The notes below the pieces were generated by a model, which worked only from the letters and a program-made list of their open reading frames with translations, made no database searches and was not told where the DNA came from. A DNA stretch of 62,058 nucleotides from Candidatus Aminicenantia bacterium (GTDB lineage Bacteria > Acidobacteriota > Aminicenantia > JdFR-78): positions 1 to 62,058 of the forward strand of contig JBHIEE010000002.1 of NCBI GenBank assembly GCA_046760445.1, given 5' to 3'. Numbering within the stretch: position 1 is the first letter of the stretch; each line of letters starts with the position of its first letter. A program made the position numbers and the translations under genes. Shown here piece by piece: positions 9,977 through 19,467 of this stretch.

Positions 9977-10471
9977 GAAAAAAATACGTCTTCTTTTTGA
10001 AACTTATAAACATTTCTTCTCCTGGTTTTATCATACTTAAACCATAGCTTAGGAAATACTATGAGTTGTCCAAATTCATTTGAAACGGAACAAAGTTGTT
10101 GTGAACTCAGGGGGGTCAAGGAGTAAGGGGGCATGTCCTCACATTTCACTTATTGATTTGCCGGTGAAATTCAAACATGAAGGGTGGTATGATTGATGGG
10201 GGATTTCCCTCATTTTTTCATTAGGAGGACCTATCACCAGGGAGAGATTTTATATAAAAGTTATTTAAGGAAGAAAAATTCGCCAAGTGATGGGGCAGAA
10301 AAGATGATTTAAAAGAACAAAATGAGATAAAAAATTTACTTAAGATTTGGCTAAGGAAATGATTAGGATAACTGATTTATTGTGGTTGATAGCTTTTTTG
10401 TGACCATTTTGTGACCATCTTAAACCAAAAAATATCAAAAAATATAAAATGAATTATAAAATTAAATGTAA

Positions 10472-10493
10472 TCGAATCCCCTCTTCGGCACCA
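10472..10493 (+). pseudogene. Isolated tRNA-Leu 3'-end copy (T-arm/acceptor plus CCA), possible att remnant
   Basis: tcgaatcccctcttcggcacca differs at one position from the 3' ends of both tRNA-Leu genes in the window (tcgaCtcccctcttcggca, tcgaGtcccctcttcggca). No D or anticodon arm lies upstream. Confidence 0.6.
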
Positions 10494-10630
10494 TTTTTAA
10501 AAACTACATTTTATAATAGAAACAAATTTCTTGAGATAGCTCCTTCCAAACATCCGGATTTAAAGTTGCTCAGCAACTGCTTAATTATCTAAAGAAAAAT
10601 AAGCAATAAAATTCTTTTCTAATGATTTTT

Positions 10631-10659
10631 TTGACAAAACCCTAAAAAATCATTAAAAT
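10631..10659 (+). promoter_or_regulatory. sigma70-type promoter upstream of the Rrf2 gene
   Basis: TTGACA (10631-10636), 17 nt, TAAAAT (10654-10659). Confidence 0.4.
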
Positions 10660-10699
10660 ATAAATTAACTATTTTTATCGGAAAAAGGGGATTTATAAA

Positions 10700-11134
10700 A
10701 TGATTAAACTTTCTACTAAAGGCCGTTATGGCACAAGAGCAATAATGGATTTAGCCTTACATTTTAAAGATAAACCGATTTTATTGAAAGATATTGCTAA
10801 AAGAGAAGAAATTTCTATTAGGTACCTGGAACAGATTATCATTCCTCTAAAAATTGCTGGATTAGTAAAAAGTGTTAGAGGAGCAAAAGGGGGATACAAA
10901 CTTGCTCGGCCACCTTCAGAAATAAAGTTAGGTGAAGTTATTCAAGCTCTAGAGGGTTCCTGGTCTTTCGTGGAATGCGTCGATGACCCTAGCTATTGTT
11001 CACGAATCAGTATTTGTCCAACCTATGAAATCTGGCGTAATGCGAAAAAAGTTCTGGATCAGGTTTTCCAGAATACGACTGTTCAAGATTTGGTAAATAT
11101 AGCTCAAAAGAAAAGAAAAATTAAAGCCAGATAA
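10700..11134 (+). CDS. Rrf2 family transcriptional regulator (IscR-like, three C-terminal Cys)
   Basis: MIKLSTKGRYGTRAIMDLA... and RGAKGGYKLARPPSEIKLGEVIQALEG are typical Rrf2. Cys cluster ECVDDPSYCSRISICP. Confidence 0.85.
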   Translation: MIKLSTKGRYGTRAIMDLALHFKDKPILLKDIAKREEISIRYLEQIIIPLKIAGLVKSVRGAKGGYKLARPPSEIKLGEVIQALEGSWSFVECVDDPSYCSRISICPTYEIWRNAKKVLDQVFQNTTVQDLVNIAQKKRKIKAR

Positions 11135-11225
11135 ATCGTGCTCTTTCCCCCAGAGGAAGCTGGGTAAAATTTTTTCCTGATAGGAAACTAAAAGAAATTT
11201 TCATCTAAAATTAAATTAATTCTAT

Positions 11226-12590
11226 ATGAAAAAAGGGAAAACCATCCTTCTCATAAATCCCTGGATTTTTGATTTTACGGCATATGATTTCTGGCTAAAA
11301 CCATTGGGTTTCTTATATATCGCTGGAGTGATTAAAAAATATACTGATTACAGGATAAAATTTATTGACTGTCTTGATCGAACTCATCCTCTTTTACCAA
11401 AAAAATTAAAGAGCAAAGAAGACGGAAGAGGACCATTTTACAAAGAAGAGATCGAAAAACCAGAAGTATTGAAACCAGTCCCCAGAAAATATTCTCGATA
11501 TGGAATACCAGTTGAAATCTTCCGGTCTGAGCTTAATGAAATTTCCTCGCCAGAGCTAATTTTAATCACTTGTGGGATGACTTACTGGTATCCTGGAGTT
11601 CAATTCACGGTCGAACTTGTGAGAAAAAAAATCGGTCATGTTCCAATCATTTTGGGGGGTATCTATCCTACTTTACTACCCGAGCATGCTAAGAGATATT
11701 CAGGAGTAGATTTTATTTTAGAAGGAGCAGGAGAAAGGAAAATTCTGGAATTAATCGAACAAATTACTGGAAATAAATTAGCCACCAAGCCAGAATTTGG
11801 TTCCTTAGATGAAATTCCTTTTCCTGCTTTTGAGTTTCTTCGAGATAAAAGATATCTCCCCCTTTTAACCTCTCGTGGCTGCCCTTATCGATGTACTTTT
11901 TGTGCTGCATATTTGCTGAATAAATCTTTCCAACAGCGCGAGTCTCACACAGTAATCCAAGAAATTGAATTTAACTTTAAAAAATTCAATCTCTCCCATT
12001 TAGCTTTCTATGATGATGCTCTTTTTATTGATAAAGAAAATCATATAATTCCTATTCTGAAAAAAATAATAGGCATGAAATTTCCAATTGCCTTTCATAC
12101 ACCGAATGGTCTCCAGGCAAAGGAAATTGATTATGAATTAGCCCTCCTTTTAAAAAAAGCAAATTTTAAGACTATTCGATTGAGTTTAGAATCCTCTAAT
12201 CAAGAGTTGTTAAAGAAAGTATGCCCAAAAGTTACTTTGGAGGATTTTGAAAAAGCGTTAACTAATTTAGAAAAAGCAGGTTATAAAAGAAAAGAAATTG
12301 AGGTTTATTTAATTGTTGGATTACCTGATCAGAAAAAAGAAGAAATTGAAGAAAGCATCTATTATGTTTATCGCTTGGGAGCAAAATCTAGATTAGCTTA
12401 TTTCTCTCCTATTCCAGGGACTTCGGAGTGGGAAAAATTGGTTGAAAAGGAACTAATTTCCCCTGAAGCAGACCCACTCCTTCATAACAAACTCGCCTTT
12501 TCCTATATAACTGGATCCATTTTACCTTCAGAATTTGAATATCTTAAAAATTTATCTTTCCAATTAAATTCAAAGATAGACAGAACATAA
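11226..12590 (+). CDS. B12-binding domain-containing radical SAM protein
   Basis: CxxxCxxC motif in LTSRGCPYRCTFCA. The N-terminal Rossmann-like region is typical of the cobalamin-binding rSAM class. Confidence 0.8.
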   Translation: MKKGKTILLINPWIFDFTAYDFWLKPLGFLYIAGVIKKYTDYRIKFIDCLDRTHPLLPKKLKSKEDGRGPFYKEEIEKPEVLKPVPRKYSRYGIPVEIFRSELNEISSPELILITCGMTYWYPGVQFTVELVRKKIGHVPIILGGIYPTLLPEHAKRYSGVDFILEGAGERKILELIEQITGNKLATKPEFGSLDEIPFPAFEFLRDKRYLPLLTSRGCPYRCTFCAAYLLNKSFQQRESHTVIQEIEFNFKKFNLSHLAFYDDALFIDKENHIIPILKKIIGMKFPIAFHTPNGLQAKEIDYELALLLKKANFKTIRLSLESSNQELLKKVCPKVTLEDFEKALTNLEKAGYKRKEIEVYLIVGLPDQKKEEIEESIYYVYRLGAKSRLAYFSPIPGTSEWEKLVEKELISPEADPLLHNKLAFSYITGSILPSEFEYLKNLSFQLNSKIDRT

Positions 12591-12797
12591 TTTATTTTTC
12601 TATTTTCATGAGTTTTAGAAAATAAGTCCAGACATACATTGCTCAGCTTAAACTCATAGTTTTTCACTTGACTTAGGTTATCTCCTATGTTATCCGTTAT
12701 CAAGGAATGATTAGGTAAAGAGAAATTAAGGGTTTTTAAATGATCCCAAAAGATATTTTTAAGGTATGGAAATTCAATATATGAATAAGGAGGAAGT

Positions 12798-12947
12798 AAA
12801 AATACTAAATACTAAATTCGAAATCCGAAACAATATCAAATCACCAAAATTCAAATGACCAAAACAAAAGTTGCTTTAATCCGTTTTGAATTTAGAACAT
12901 TTGGATTTTGGATTTGTTTAGAAATTAGTGTTTAGTATTTAGGATTT
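12798..12947. repeat. Long imperfect inverted repeat built from doubled short words
   Basis: Left arm aaatactaaatactaaattcgaaatccgaaac...ttcaaatgaccaaaac. Right arm gttttgaatttagaacatttggattttggatttgtttagaaattagtgtttagtatttagg is its imperfect reverse complement. Followed by the palindrome tctcgagtacttgaga (12972-12987). Confidence 0.6.
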
Positions 12948-13052
12948 CAATTTATGTGGAGGTGAGGCCAATCTCGAGTACTTGAGAAAAAACCCTTGTC
13001 AGTATTGGGATTCTAAAGATGAAAACGCTTAAATTAATGAGGAGGTTTTAAA

Positions 13053-14888
13053 ATGAAAGGCTGGACAGGCAAAATTCTTAGAGTAAATTTAACCACTAAA
13101 GAAATTAAAAAGGAAACATTTAATGAAGAATTTGCCAAGAAATGGGTAGGAGGAAGAGGTTTTGCCATTAAAATTCTCTGGGATGAGCTAAAACCAGGTA
13201 TTGATCCTTTAGGACCAGAAAATAAACTTATTGTTGCTTTGGGTCCCATTGCGGGTATTCCGGCTCCCAACACAGGTAAAACAGTCGTTGCTGCGAAATC
13301 ACCTCTTACAGGAGGCTATGGTGATGGCAATTTAGGTTCTCGAGTAACAGACCAGCTTAGAAAAGCCGGTTATGATCTTCTAATTATTGAAGGAAAACCA
13401 AATACTCCTACTTATTTATATATTGAAGACGATAAAGTAGAATTCCTTCCTGCTAAAGAAATCTGGGGAAAAGGTTCCTATGAAACGATGAATTGGCTGC
13501 ACGAGAAATACGGTCGAGCAATAGGTGTTCTCACTATAGGTCAGGCAGGTGAAAATAGAGTTTTGTATTCTATAATTCGCAGTATGGAAGGAAGGGCAGG
13601 CGGAAGACCTGGCATAGGAGCTGTTATGGGTTCCAAAAACCTAAAAGCAATTGTGGTTAAAGGAACTAAGGATATACCCGTGGCTGAGCCAGAATCGATG
13701 AAAGAACTTGGACTGGGTGATTTAAAAAAAGTAAGGGATATTGATAAGGAAACAGGATGGTCCAAACAGGGAACAACTGGAGTTTTAGCCTGGGTGAACG
13801 AAGTGGCTGCTTTGCCAGTAAGGAATATGAGAAAGACCTGGCATAAAGATGCCTGGAAGATAGATGGTGAAAGATTGGATGCTGTCAGGGTGGCAACCTA
13901 TGGGTGCCCAAATTGCACTATGCGTTGCGGCATAACTATTCTGGATAAAGAAGGTCATAAAGCAGAAATGGATTATGAAAATATTGGAATGTTAGGAAGC
14001 AATCTTGAAATTTTTGATTTAGCTCAGGTTGGCTCTTTAAATTATCTATGTGATGATTATGGATTGGATACCATTTCAGCTGGAAGTGTCTTAGCTTTTT
14101 ATGCAGATGCCATTGACCAGGGAGCTATTAAAGGAGACTTTAAATTTGGAGATGCTGAAAAAGCAAAGGAGCTTTTAAAGAAAATTGCTTATCGGGAGGC
14201 AGAAGGAGACCTTCTTGCACAGGGAACAATGAGAATGGCTGAAAAAACAGGCCAGGGCTCGGATGCTTATGCCATGCATGTTAAAGGCTTAGAAATATCA
14301 GCCTATAACTGCAAATTTATTCCTGGTATGGCTCTTGCTTTTGCTACAAGTTCGATTGGAGCTCATCATAAAGAGGCTTGGATTATTACTTATGAGATTA
14401 ATGAAACTTTACGAGATTCTTATGGTAAAGAAAAGGCTGAAAAAGTAATTGAATTGCAGCGGATCCGCGGGGGTCTTTTTGAGTTTATCGTTGCATGTCG
14501 ATTCCCCTGGATAGAATTAGGCTGGGAAGTTGATCATTATGTAGATTACTTTAATAAGACTACTGGATTAAATTGGTCCCTCGATGATTTCTGGAAAGTA
14601 GCAGATAGAATTTATGCCCTTATTAGAGCATTCTGGGTTCGAGAATTTCCCAACTGGGACAGAAAATGTGACTATCCTCCTAAAATCTGGTTTGATCCTT
14701 TAAACGCAGACCAAGAAGGTCTTATAGCCGGAAAAATTCTCGAATATGATAAATATGATCGATTGCTTGATCATTATTATGAATTGCGAGCTTGGGACAA
14801 AAGAGGCATTCCCAAGAAACAAACAATGAAAGACATGGATTTAGAAAAAGAGGCTACCGAACTTGAAAAATACACCCTCTTAGAATAA
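13053..14888 (+). CDS. aor: Aldehyde:ferredoxin oxidoreductase family (tungstopterin enzyme)
   Basis: 611 aa. N-terminus GKILRVNLTTKEIKKE..., GGRGFAIKILWDE and the C-terminal AOR domains are characteristic. Confidence 0.9.
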   Translation: MKGWTGKILRVNLTTKEIKKETFNEEFAKKWVGGRGFAIKILWDELKPGIDPLGPENKLIVALGPIAGIPAPNTGKTVVAAKSPLTGGYGDGNLGSRVTDQLRKAGYDLLIIEGKPNTPTYLYIEDDKVEFLPAKEIWGKGSYETMNWLHEKYGRAIGVLTIGQAGENRVLYSIIRSMEGRAGGRPGIGAVMGSKNLKAIVVKGTKDIPVAEPESMKELGLGDLKKVRDIDKETGWSKQGTTGVLAWVNEVAALPVRNMRKTWHKDAWKIDGERLDAVRVATYGCPNCTMRCGITILDKEGHKAEMDYENIGMLGSNLEIFDLAQVGSLNYLCDDYGLDTISAGSVLAFYADAIDQGAIKGDFKFGDAEKAKELLKKIAYREAEGDLLAQGTMRMAEKTGQGSDAYAMHVKGLEISAYNCKFIPGMALAFATSSIGAHHKEAWIITYEINETLRDSYGKEKAEKVIELQRIRGGLFEFIVACRFPWIELGWEVDHYVDYFNKTTGLNWSLDDFWKVADRIYALIRAFWVREFPNWDRKCDYPPKIWFDPLNADQEGLIAGKILEYDKYDRLLDHYYELRAWDKRGIPKKQTMKDMDLEKEATELEKYTLLE

Positions 14889-14934
14889 TTTATATTATAA
14901 TAAAAAAGGATAATATCATTTCTTACTTTAAATA

Positions 14935-15162
14935 ATGAAAATTAAATTAAAAATAATTGGCTATTTAATCTATCATGCCGGATTTAGTGAAAAAGAGCTT
15001 GAACTTTCTCAATCGATCACTGTAGAGGAATTATTGTCCAAGATTAATCTAAATAGGCAATCTCCAATGCTTATCATCCGCAATGGAAAAGGCATTCGCC
15101 TCACTGATAAAATAGAAGACGGAGATAGAATTGTTATCACACCTTTTTTTTCTGGAGGCTAA
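14935..15162 (+). CDS. MoaD/ThiS family small sulfur-carrier-like protein
   Basis: 75 aa, ends in ...PFFSGG (C-terminal Gly-Gly). Located directly after aor. Confidence 0.65.
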   Translation: MKIKLKIIGYLIYHAGFSEKELELSQSITVEELLSKINLNRQSPMLIIRNGKGIRLTDKIEDGDRIVITPFFSGG

Positions 15163-15173
15163 GTTTATTTAAA

Positions 15174-15914
15174 TCATTTAATCTTTTTCAACATTTCTTT
15201 GGCTTGTTCTTTAAACTCCTTGGTTTCAGGTATCCAGCGGGGATCTGGCTCCATATTTATCAGCTCTTCCAGTTCTTTCCGAGCCTTCTCTTTTTCTTTT
15301 AAAGCTAAATATGTATCTGCCAGATAAATTCGTGTTAAGGGATTAGTAGGGCACATTTCTTTAGACTTCAAAAGATGCTCCAGAGATTTCTTCTTACTTC
15401 CACCAGCAAAGCCAGGCACTTTATAATAAACTCGTCCCAAAGCTCTGTCTGCTCCTCCACCTTCTAATTCTGGATCAAGTTCTAAAACCTTATTAAATTC
15501 TTTTTTTATCGGCTTGACCAAAAACAAACTTTTTAATACTCCTCGTGCCTCACCATACTTTCCCCAGAGAGCACCTAACCAGAAATGACCTTCAGGTTTT
15601 TCGGGTTCAACTTGAACCGCTTTCTTAGCGTAGTAAACTCCCTGGGAAAAGATTGTTTTTTTCTCTTTCTTACTTGACTTATGAGAACCGACATAGTACA
15701 TGGTTTTAGCTATCTTCCAGTAACATTCATAATTGTTTTCTCCCTTGTGTAAGGCTTCTCGGTATTTCTTAATCGCTTCTTCTGCCTTAGTAATATCCTC
15801 CCTTTGAGCAAAGAGTTCATCTCCCTGCTTTATTAATTCGCTTTGTTTTTGGGCAAAAATGAAAAGAAAAAAACAACCCAAGAATATGGTCACCAAAACC
15901 AACTTATTTTTCAT
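15174..15914 (-). CDS. Exported TPR-like protein (TatT-like)
   Basis: Signal peptide. Helical repeat pattern with GGGADRALGRVYYKVPGFAGG, similar to TatT-type TPR proteins. Function uncertain. Confidence 0.5.
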   Translation of the reverse strand: MKNKLVLVTIFLGCFFLFIFAQKQSELIKQGDELFAQREDITKAEEAIKKYREALHKGENNYECYWKIAKTMYYVGSHKSSKKEKKTIFSQGVYYAKKAVQVEPEKPEGHFWLGALWGKYGEARGVLKSLFLVKPIKKEFNKVLELDPELEGGGADRALGRVYYKVPGFAGGSKKKSLEHLLKSKEMCPTNPLTRIYLADTYLALKEKEKARKELEELINMEPDPRWIPETKEFKEQAKEMLKKIK

Positions 15915-15964
15915 TGATAATCCCTCCTTTTTGTTTTCTGATTTTATAACATAAATTTAAAATC

Positions 15965-15993
15965 TTGACAACAAAAAACAATTTTTATAACAT
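15965..15993 (+). promoter_or_regulatory. Possible sigma70-type promoter upstream of the TonB-dependent receptor
   Basis: TTGACA (15965-15970), with TATAAC/TAACAT 15-17 nt downstream. Confidence 0.35.
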
Positions 15994-16011
15994 ACGCCAC
16001 TTTAGTGTGAA

Positions 16012-17796
16012 ATGTTTAAAAAATTATATTTTCCCTTCATCTTGATTATCTTCTTCACTTTTTTAAACGGACTAACAATTGCTGAAGAAACTTTTCCTCT
16101 AAAAGAAGAAGTAGTGGTCACTGGCTCACTGATTCCTACTGAGTTTTCAAAATTAGCTCGGAAAGTCACTATAATTAAGAAGGAAGAGATTGCTAAGGCG
16201 CCAGTAAATTCTATTTCTGATTTATTGAAATATGTCTTGAGCTTGGATTTAAGACAGCGAGGCCCTTTTGGAGTTCAAGCTGATATAAGTATTAGAGGAT
16301 CAAATTTCAGCCAAGTTTTAATTCTCATCAATGGAATAAAAGTATATGATCCCCAAACAGCTCACCACAATTTAGACATTCCTGTTTCTTTATCAAATAT
16401 TGAGCGAATTGAAATTTTAAATGGCCAAGGATCATCTATTTATGGAGAGAATGCTTTTGGAGGAGTGATTAATATTGTCACTAAAAAATCTCCACTAAAG
16501 AAAATTTCAGGGGGATTTTTGATTGGGGAGTATAAAACTCTTTTCGGAAATCTGTCTTTTTCACATTCAATTAATAAAATAAATCATACTATCGCCGTTG
16601 ATTATCAGGGCTCAGATGGATTTGAGTTTGACCGAGATTTTAATATTTTTAATTTATTGTCTAATTCCCAAATAGATTTTTCCCAAGGTAAGATTAATCT
16701 CTTGATTGGTTTTAATAAAAAAAATTTTGGGGCCAATAATTTCTATGCTTCCTTTCCTTCTAAAGAATGGACTAAAACTAAATTTATTAGCCTCAACTCT
16801 GATATTAGAAAAACAAAAATAAAATTATATTATCGTCAGCATTATGATAAATTCATGTTGGATATTACTCAACCAGACTGGTATGTAAATGAACATACTA
16901 CACAGAGTTATGGGACAGAAGTATATTCTTTCTTTGACTTAAATTCGCTTGGGAAAATTGTTTTTGGCGGAGAAGTAAGAGAGGACGAAATTAAAAGCAG
17001 CAATTTAGGAAGTCATTCTTATTATAAATTCAGCTTATTTTCGGAATATGAAACAATTTTATTAAATAAATTATACCTGGATGCAGGACTGAGAGGTGAT
17101 TATTACTCAAACTATGGATTAGAATTTAGTCCAAATTTTTCTTTAAGTTATTTATTTTCTTCTCAATTGAAGATTCGCTCTTCATTTGGTCAGGCTTTCA
17201 GAATCCCCTCTTTTACTGAACTTTATTACCACAGTCCAGCCAATACAGGTAATCCTGATTTAAAACCAGAGAAAAATTTTTCTTTCGAGATGGGAATTGA
17301 TTATTTCCCTCAAAATTTAGTCAAATGGGAGACAACTTTTTTTCTCCGAAAAGATAAGAATTTAATTGATTGGATAAAAGAAAAGAAAGAATTACCCTGG
17401 CGAGCAGAAAATATTCAAAGAATAAATTTTTACGGAATTGAAACTAAACTAAAATTTAAAGATGTCTTCTCTTTTGGGTATACTTATTTGAAATCCAGTC
17501 TAAAACAACCCATAAATTTTATATCTAAATATGTTTTAAATCATCCCGTTCACCAAATATCTTCTTCTTTAAATCTGGCCCTACCGCTAAAAATAAACTC
17601 AGGGGTGTATGGAGTTTATAAAAGAAGAAAAGGAGAAAAAGGTTATTTAATTTTAGATGTCAAAATTTCAAAAAGATTCAACCGATGGGAATTCTTTATT
17701 CAGGCAACAAATTTATTAAATACTCAATATCAAGAAATACTTGGAGTTTCTATGCCTAACAGATGGGTTATGACCGGAGTTAGATTTGGAATATGA
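16012..17796 (+). CDS. TonB-dependent receptor (small, BtuB-sized)
   Basis: Signal peptide. Plug domain (VVVTGSLIPTE, IERIEILNGQGSSIYGENAFGGVINIVTK). Beta-barrel ending in an aromatic residue region (RWVMTGVRFGI). Confidence 0.85.
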   Translation: MFKKLYFPFILIIFFTFLNGLTIAEETFPLKEEVVVTGSLIPTEFSKLARKVTIIKKEEIAKAPVNSISDLLKYVLSLDLRQRGPFGVQADISIRGSNFSQVLILINGIKVYDPQTAHHNLDIPVSLSNIERIEILNGQGSSIYGENAFGGVINIVTKKSPLKKISGGFLIGEYKTLFGNLSFSHSINKINHTIAVDYQGSDGFEFDRDFNIFNLLSNSQIDFSQGKINLLIGFNKKNFGANNFYASFPSKEWTKTKFISLNSDIRKTKIKLYYRQHYDKFMLDITQPDWYVNEHTTQSYGTEVYSFFDLNSLGKIVFGGEVREDEIKSSNLGSHSYYKFSLFSEYETILLNKLYLDAGLRGDYYSNYGLEFSPNFSLSYLFSSQLKIRSSFGQAFRIPSFTELYYHSPANTGNPDLKPEKNFSFEMGIDYFPQNLVKWETTFFLRKDKNLIDWIKEKKELPWRAENIQRINFYGIETKLKFKDVFSFGYTYLKSSLKQPINFISKYVLNHPVHQISSSLNLALPLKINSGVYGVYKRRKGEKGYLILDVKISKRFNRWEFFIQATNLLNTQYQEILGVSMPNRWVMTGVRFGI

Positions 17797-17805
17797 AAAA
17801 CAGAT

Positions 17806-18801
17806 TTAATAGCCCTCACTTTTTTTTACCCTATTTTTTAAAGGTAATCCTTTAAGATAAAGATTCAAATTATCACATAATAATTGATAAACATTATCCC
17901 AGAAATGAGGACTCACGCCAGCTACGTGAGGAGTAATAATTACATTGGGCAAAGAATAGAGTTCACTTTCTTTGAGTAAAGGTTCATTTTCAAAAACGTC
18001 AAGGCCGGCACCTAAAATCAACTTTTCTTTTAAGGCTTTGACCAAATCTTTTTCCTTAATTATTTTTCCCCGGGAAACATTAATTAAAATCGCTTCCCTT
18101 TTCATTTTTTTGAGTCTTTCATAGTCAATTAATCCTTCTGTTTCCTTGGTTCGAGGTAAAGTCAGCACCACATAGTCAGAATTTCCGAGAAGAAAATCTA
18201 ACCGGGATAAAGGAAGAATTAAATCAACTTCTGGTATTTTTACCTCTATATTTTTTCTAATGCCCATTACTTTCATTTCAAAAGCCTTTGCCCGCTCAGC
18301 TAATTTCTGACCAATTTCACCTAAGCCTATGATTCCTATTGTCCGGCCAGATAACTCTCTTGGAAGGGGTTTTTGATTCCAGATTATTTCCTGCGCCCAT
18401 AATTTTTGACTCTGGTATTTCCAGCTTAAGTAAAGATATCGGGAAAATGCGAACATTAAACCAAATATATGTTCTACTACCGAAGGTGAGTTGACTCCTC
18501 GACTGTTGGTCAGAAGAACTCGGCTGTTGACCAATTCAGGAAAAAGAAAATTGCCAATTCCCGTAAAGGGAGAATGAATCCATTTTAGTTCTTTTGCTTT
18601 TCGAAAATCCTCAGAGTTTATTTTTCCCGTAACTAAAATTTGGCATTTTCCAATAAGCGATGGTTCAAGTTTTTGTTCATATCTAAGATGAATTTCTATC
18701 TCAGGAAATTTCTTTTTTAAATTTTCAGCTTTTTCTTCTGGAAATCGCCATATGGAGTGCTTGGCTGGAGTATGAATGACCAGTAAAATTTTTCCTCTCA
18801 T
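17806..18801 (-). CDS. D-isomer-specific 2-hydroxyacid dehydrogenase family protein
   Basis: GIIGLGEIGQKLAERA NAD-binding loop, ILINVSRGKII, ITPHVAG catalytic region. Confidence 0.85.
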   Translation of the reverse strand: MRGKILLVIHTPAKHSIWRFPEEKAENLKKKFPEIEIHLRYEQKLEPSLIGKCQILVTGKINSEDFRKAKELKWIHSPFTGIGNFLFPELVNSRVLLTNSRGVNSPSVVEHIFGLMFAFSRYLYLSWKYQSQKLWAQEIIWNQKPLPRELSGRTIGIIGLGEIGQKLAERAKAFEMKVMGIRKNIEVKIPEVDLILPLSRLDFLLGNSDYVVLTLPRTKETEGLIDYERLKKMKREAILINVSRGKIIKEKDLVKALKEKLILGAGLDVFENEPLLKESELYSLPNVIITPHVAGVSPHFWDNVYQLLCDNLNLYLKGLPLKNRVKKSEGY

Positions 18802-19464
18802 TTAGTTTTTATTAAAATAACTGTCTGCTTTTTCATCCAGTCTTATCATTATTTCTTCTACTTTTTTTCGAAATTTTTCAAACTCTTCCTTGTCTAAATT
18901 CGGATTGACTTTTATTGGCTCACCATAGAGAACCACACATTTAGAAAAAGGAGGAAAAAGAAGAAAGCTGTCCCAGCTTTTAAGGGATATCTTTCGAGAG
19001 CTGGAATAGGAAATGGGGACCAAATAAGCTCCTGTTTTTTGAGCTAAATAAAGGCAGCCTGACTTTAAAACCCGATTAGGTCCTTTGGGACCATCTGGCA
19101 CAATGGCCAACTCAGCATAGCTTTCTAATTCATTCTGCATTTCACGGAAGGCTTCCCTTCCTCCGTGGGAACTTGAGCCTCTTATAGGTCGGTAGCCCAA
19201 TTGAGTGACGATTTGAGCGGCTATTTCTCCATCCTGACTGAGACTGATTAAAGGCTTAATACCTTGACGCCGATGAAGATAAACTGGCAGAAACATTCTT
19301 CCATGCCAGAGCAAGAAAATAAATGATTTTTTTTCTTCCCTTAATTTTTCATAGTTTTTTTGTCCAATAATTTTTATTCGAGCTGTTTTTCCCAGGAATA
19401 TAAAAAATAAATAGCCCGCTATTCTAATGAAAAATTGATAAATTTTATTTGTTAAATTACCCAA
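18802..19464 (-). CDS. DUF374-type lysophospholipid acyltransferase family protein
   Basis: LWHGRMFLP, SQDGEIAAQIV, IRGSSSHGGREA and VPDGPKGP blocks. Confidence 0.7.
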   Translation of the reverse strand: MGNLTNKIYQFFIRIAGYLFFIFLGKTARIKIIGQKNYEKLREEKKSFIFLLWHGRMFLPVYLHRRQGIKPLISLSQDGEIAAQIVTQLGYRPIRGSSSHGGREAFREMQNELESYAELAIVPDGPKGPNRVLKSGCLYLAQKTGAYLVPISYSSSRKISLKSWDSFLLFPPFSKCVVLYGEPIKVNPNLDKEEFEKFRKKVEEIMIRLDEKADSYFNKN

Positions 19465-19467
19465 TTT

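Noticed and set aside
10061-10126. Short Cys-rich ORF MSCPNSFETEQSCCELRGVKE as a RiPP precursor for the nearby B12-radical SAM enzyme
   Set aside because: It lies in the decayed islet, 1.1 kb and one regulator gene away from the rSAM gene. It has only a weak RBS, no leader-like features and no supporting maturation genes. Insufficient evidence.
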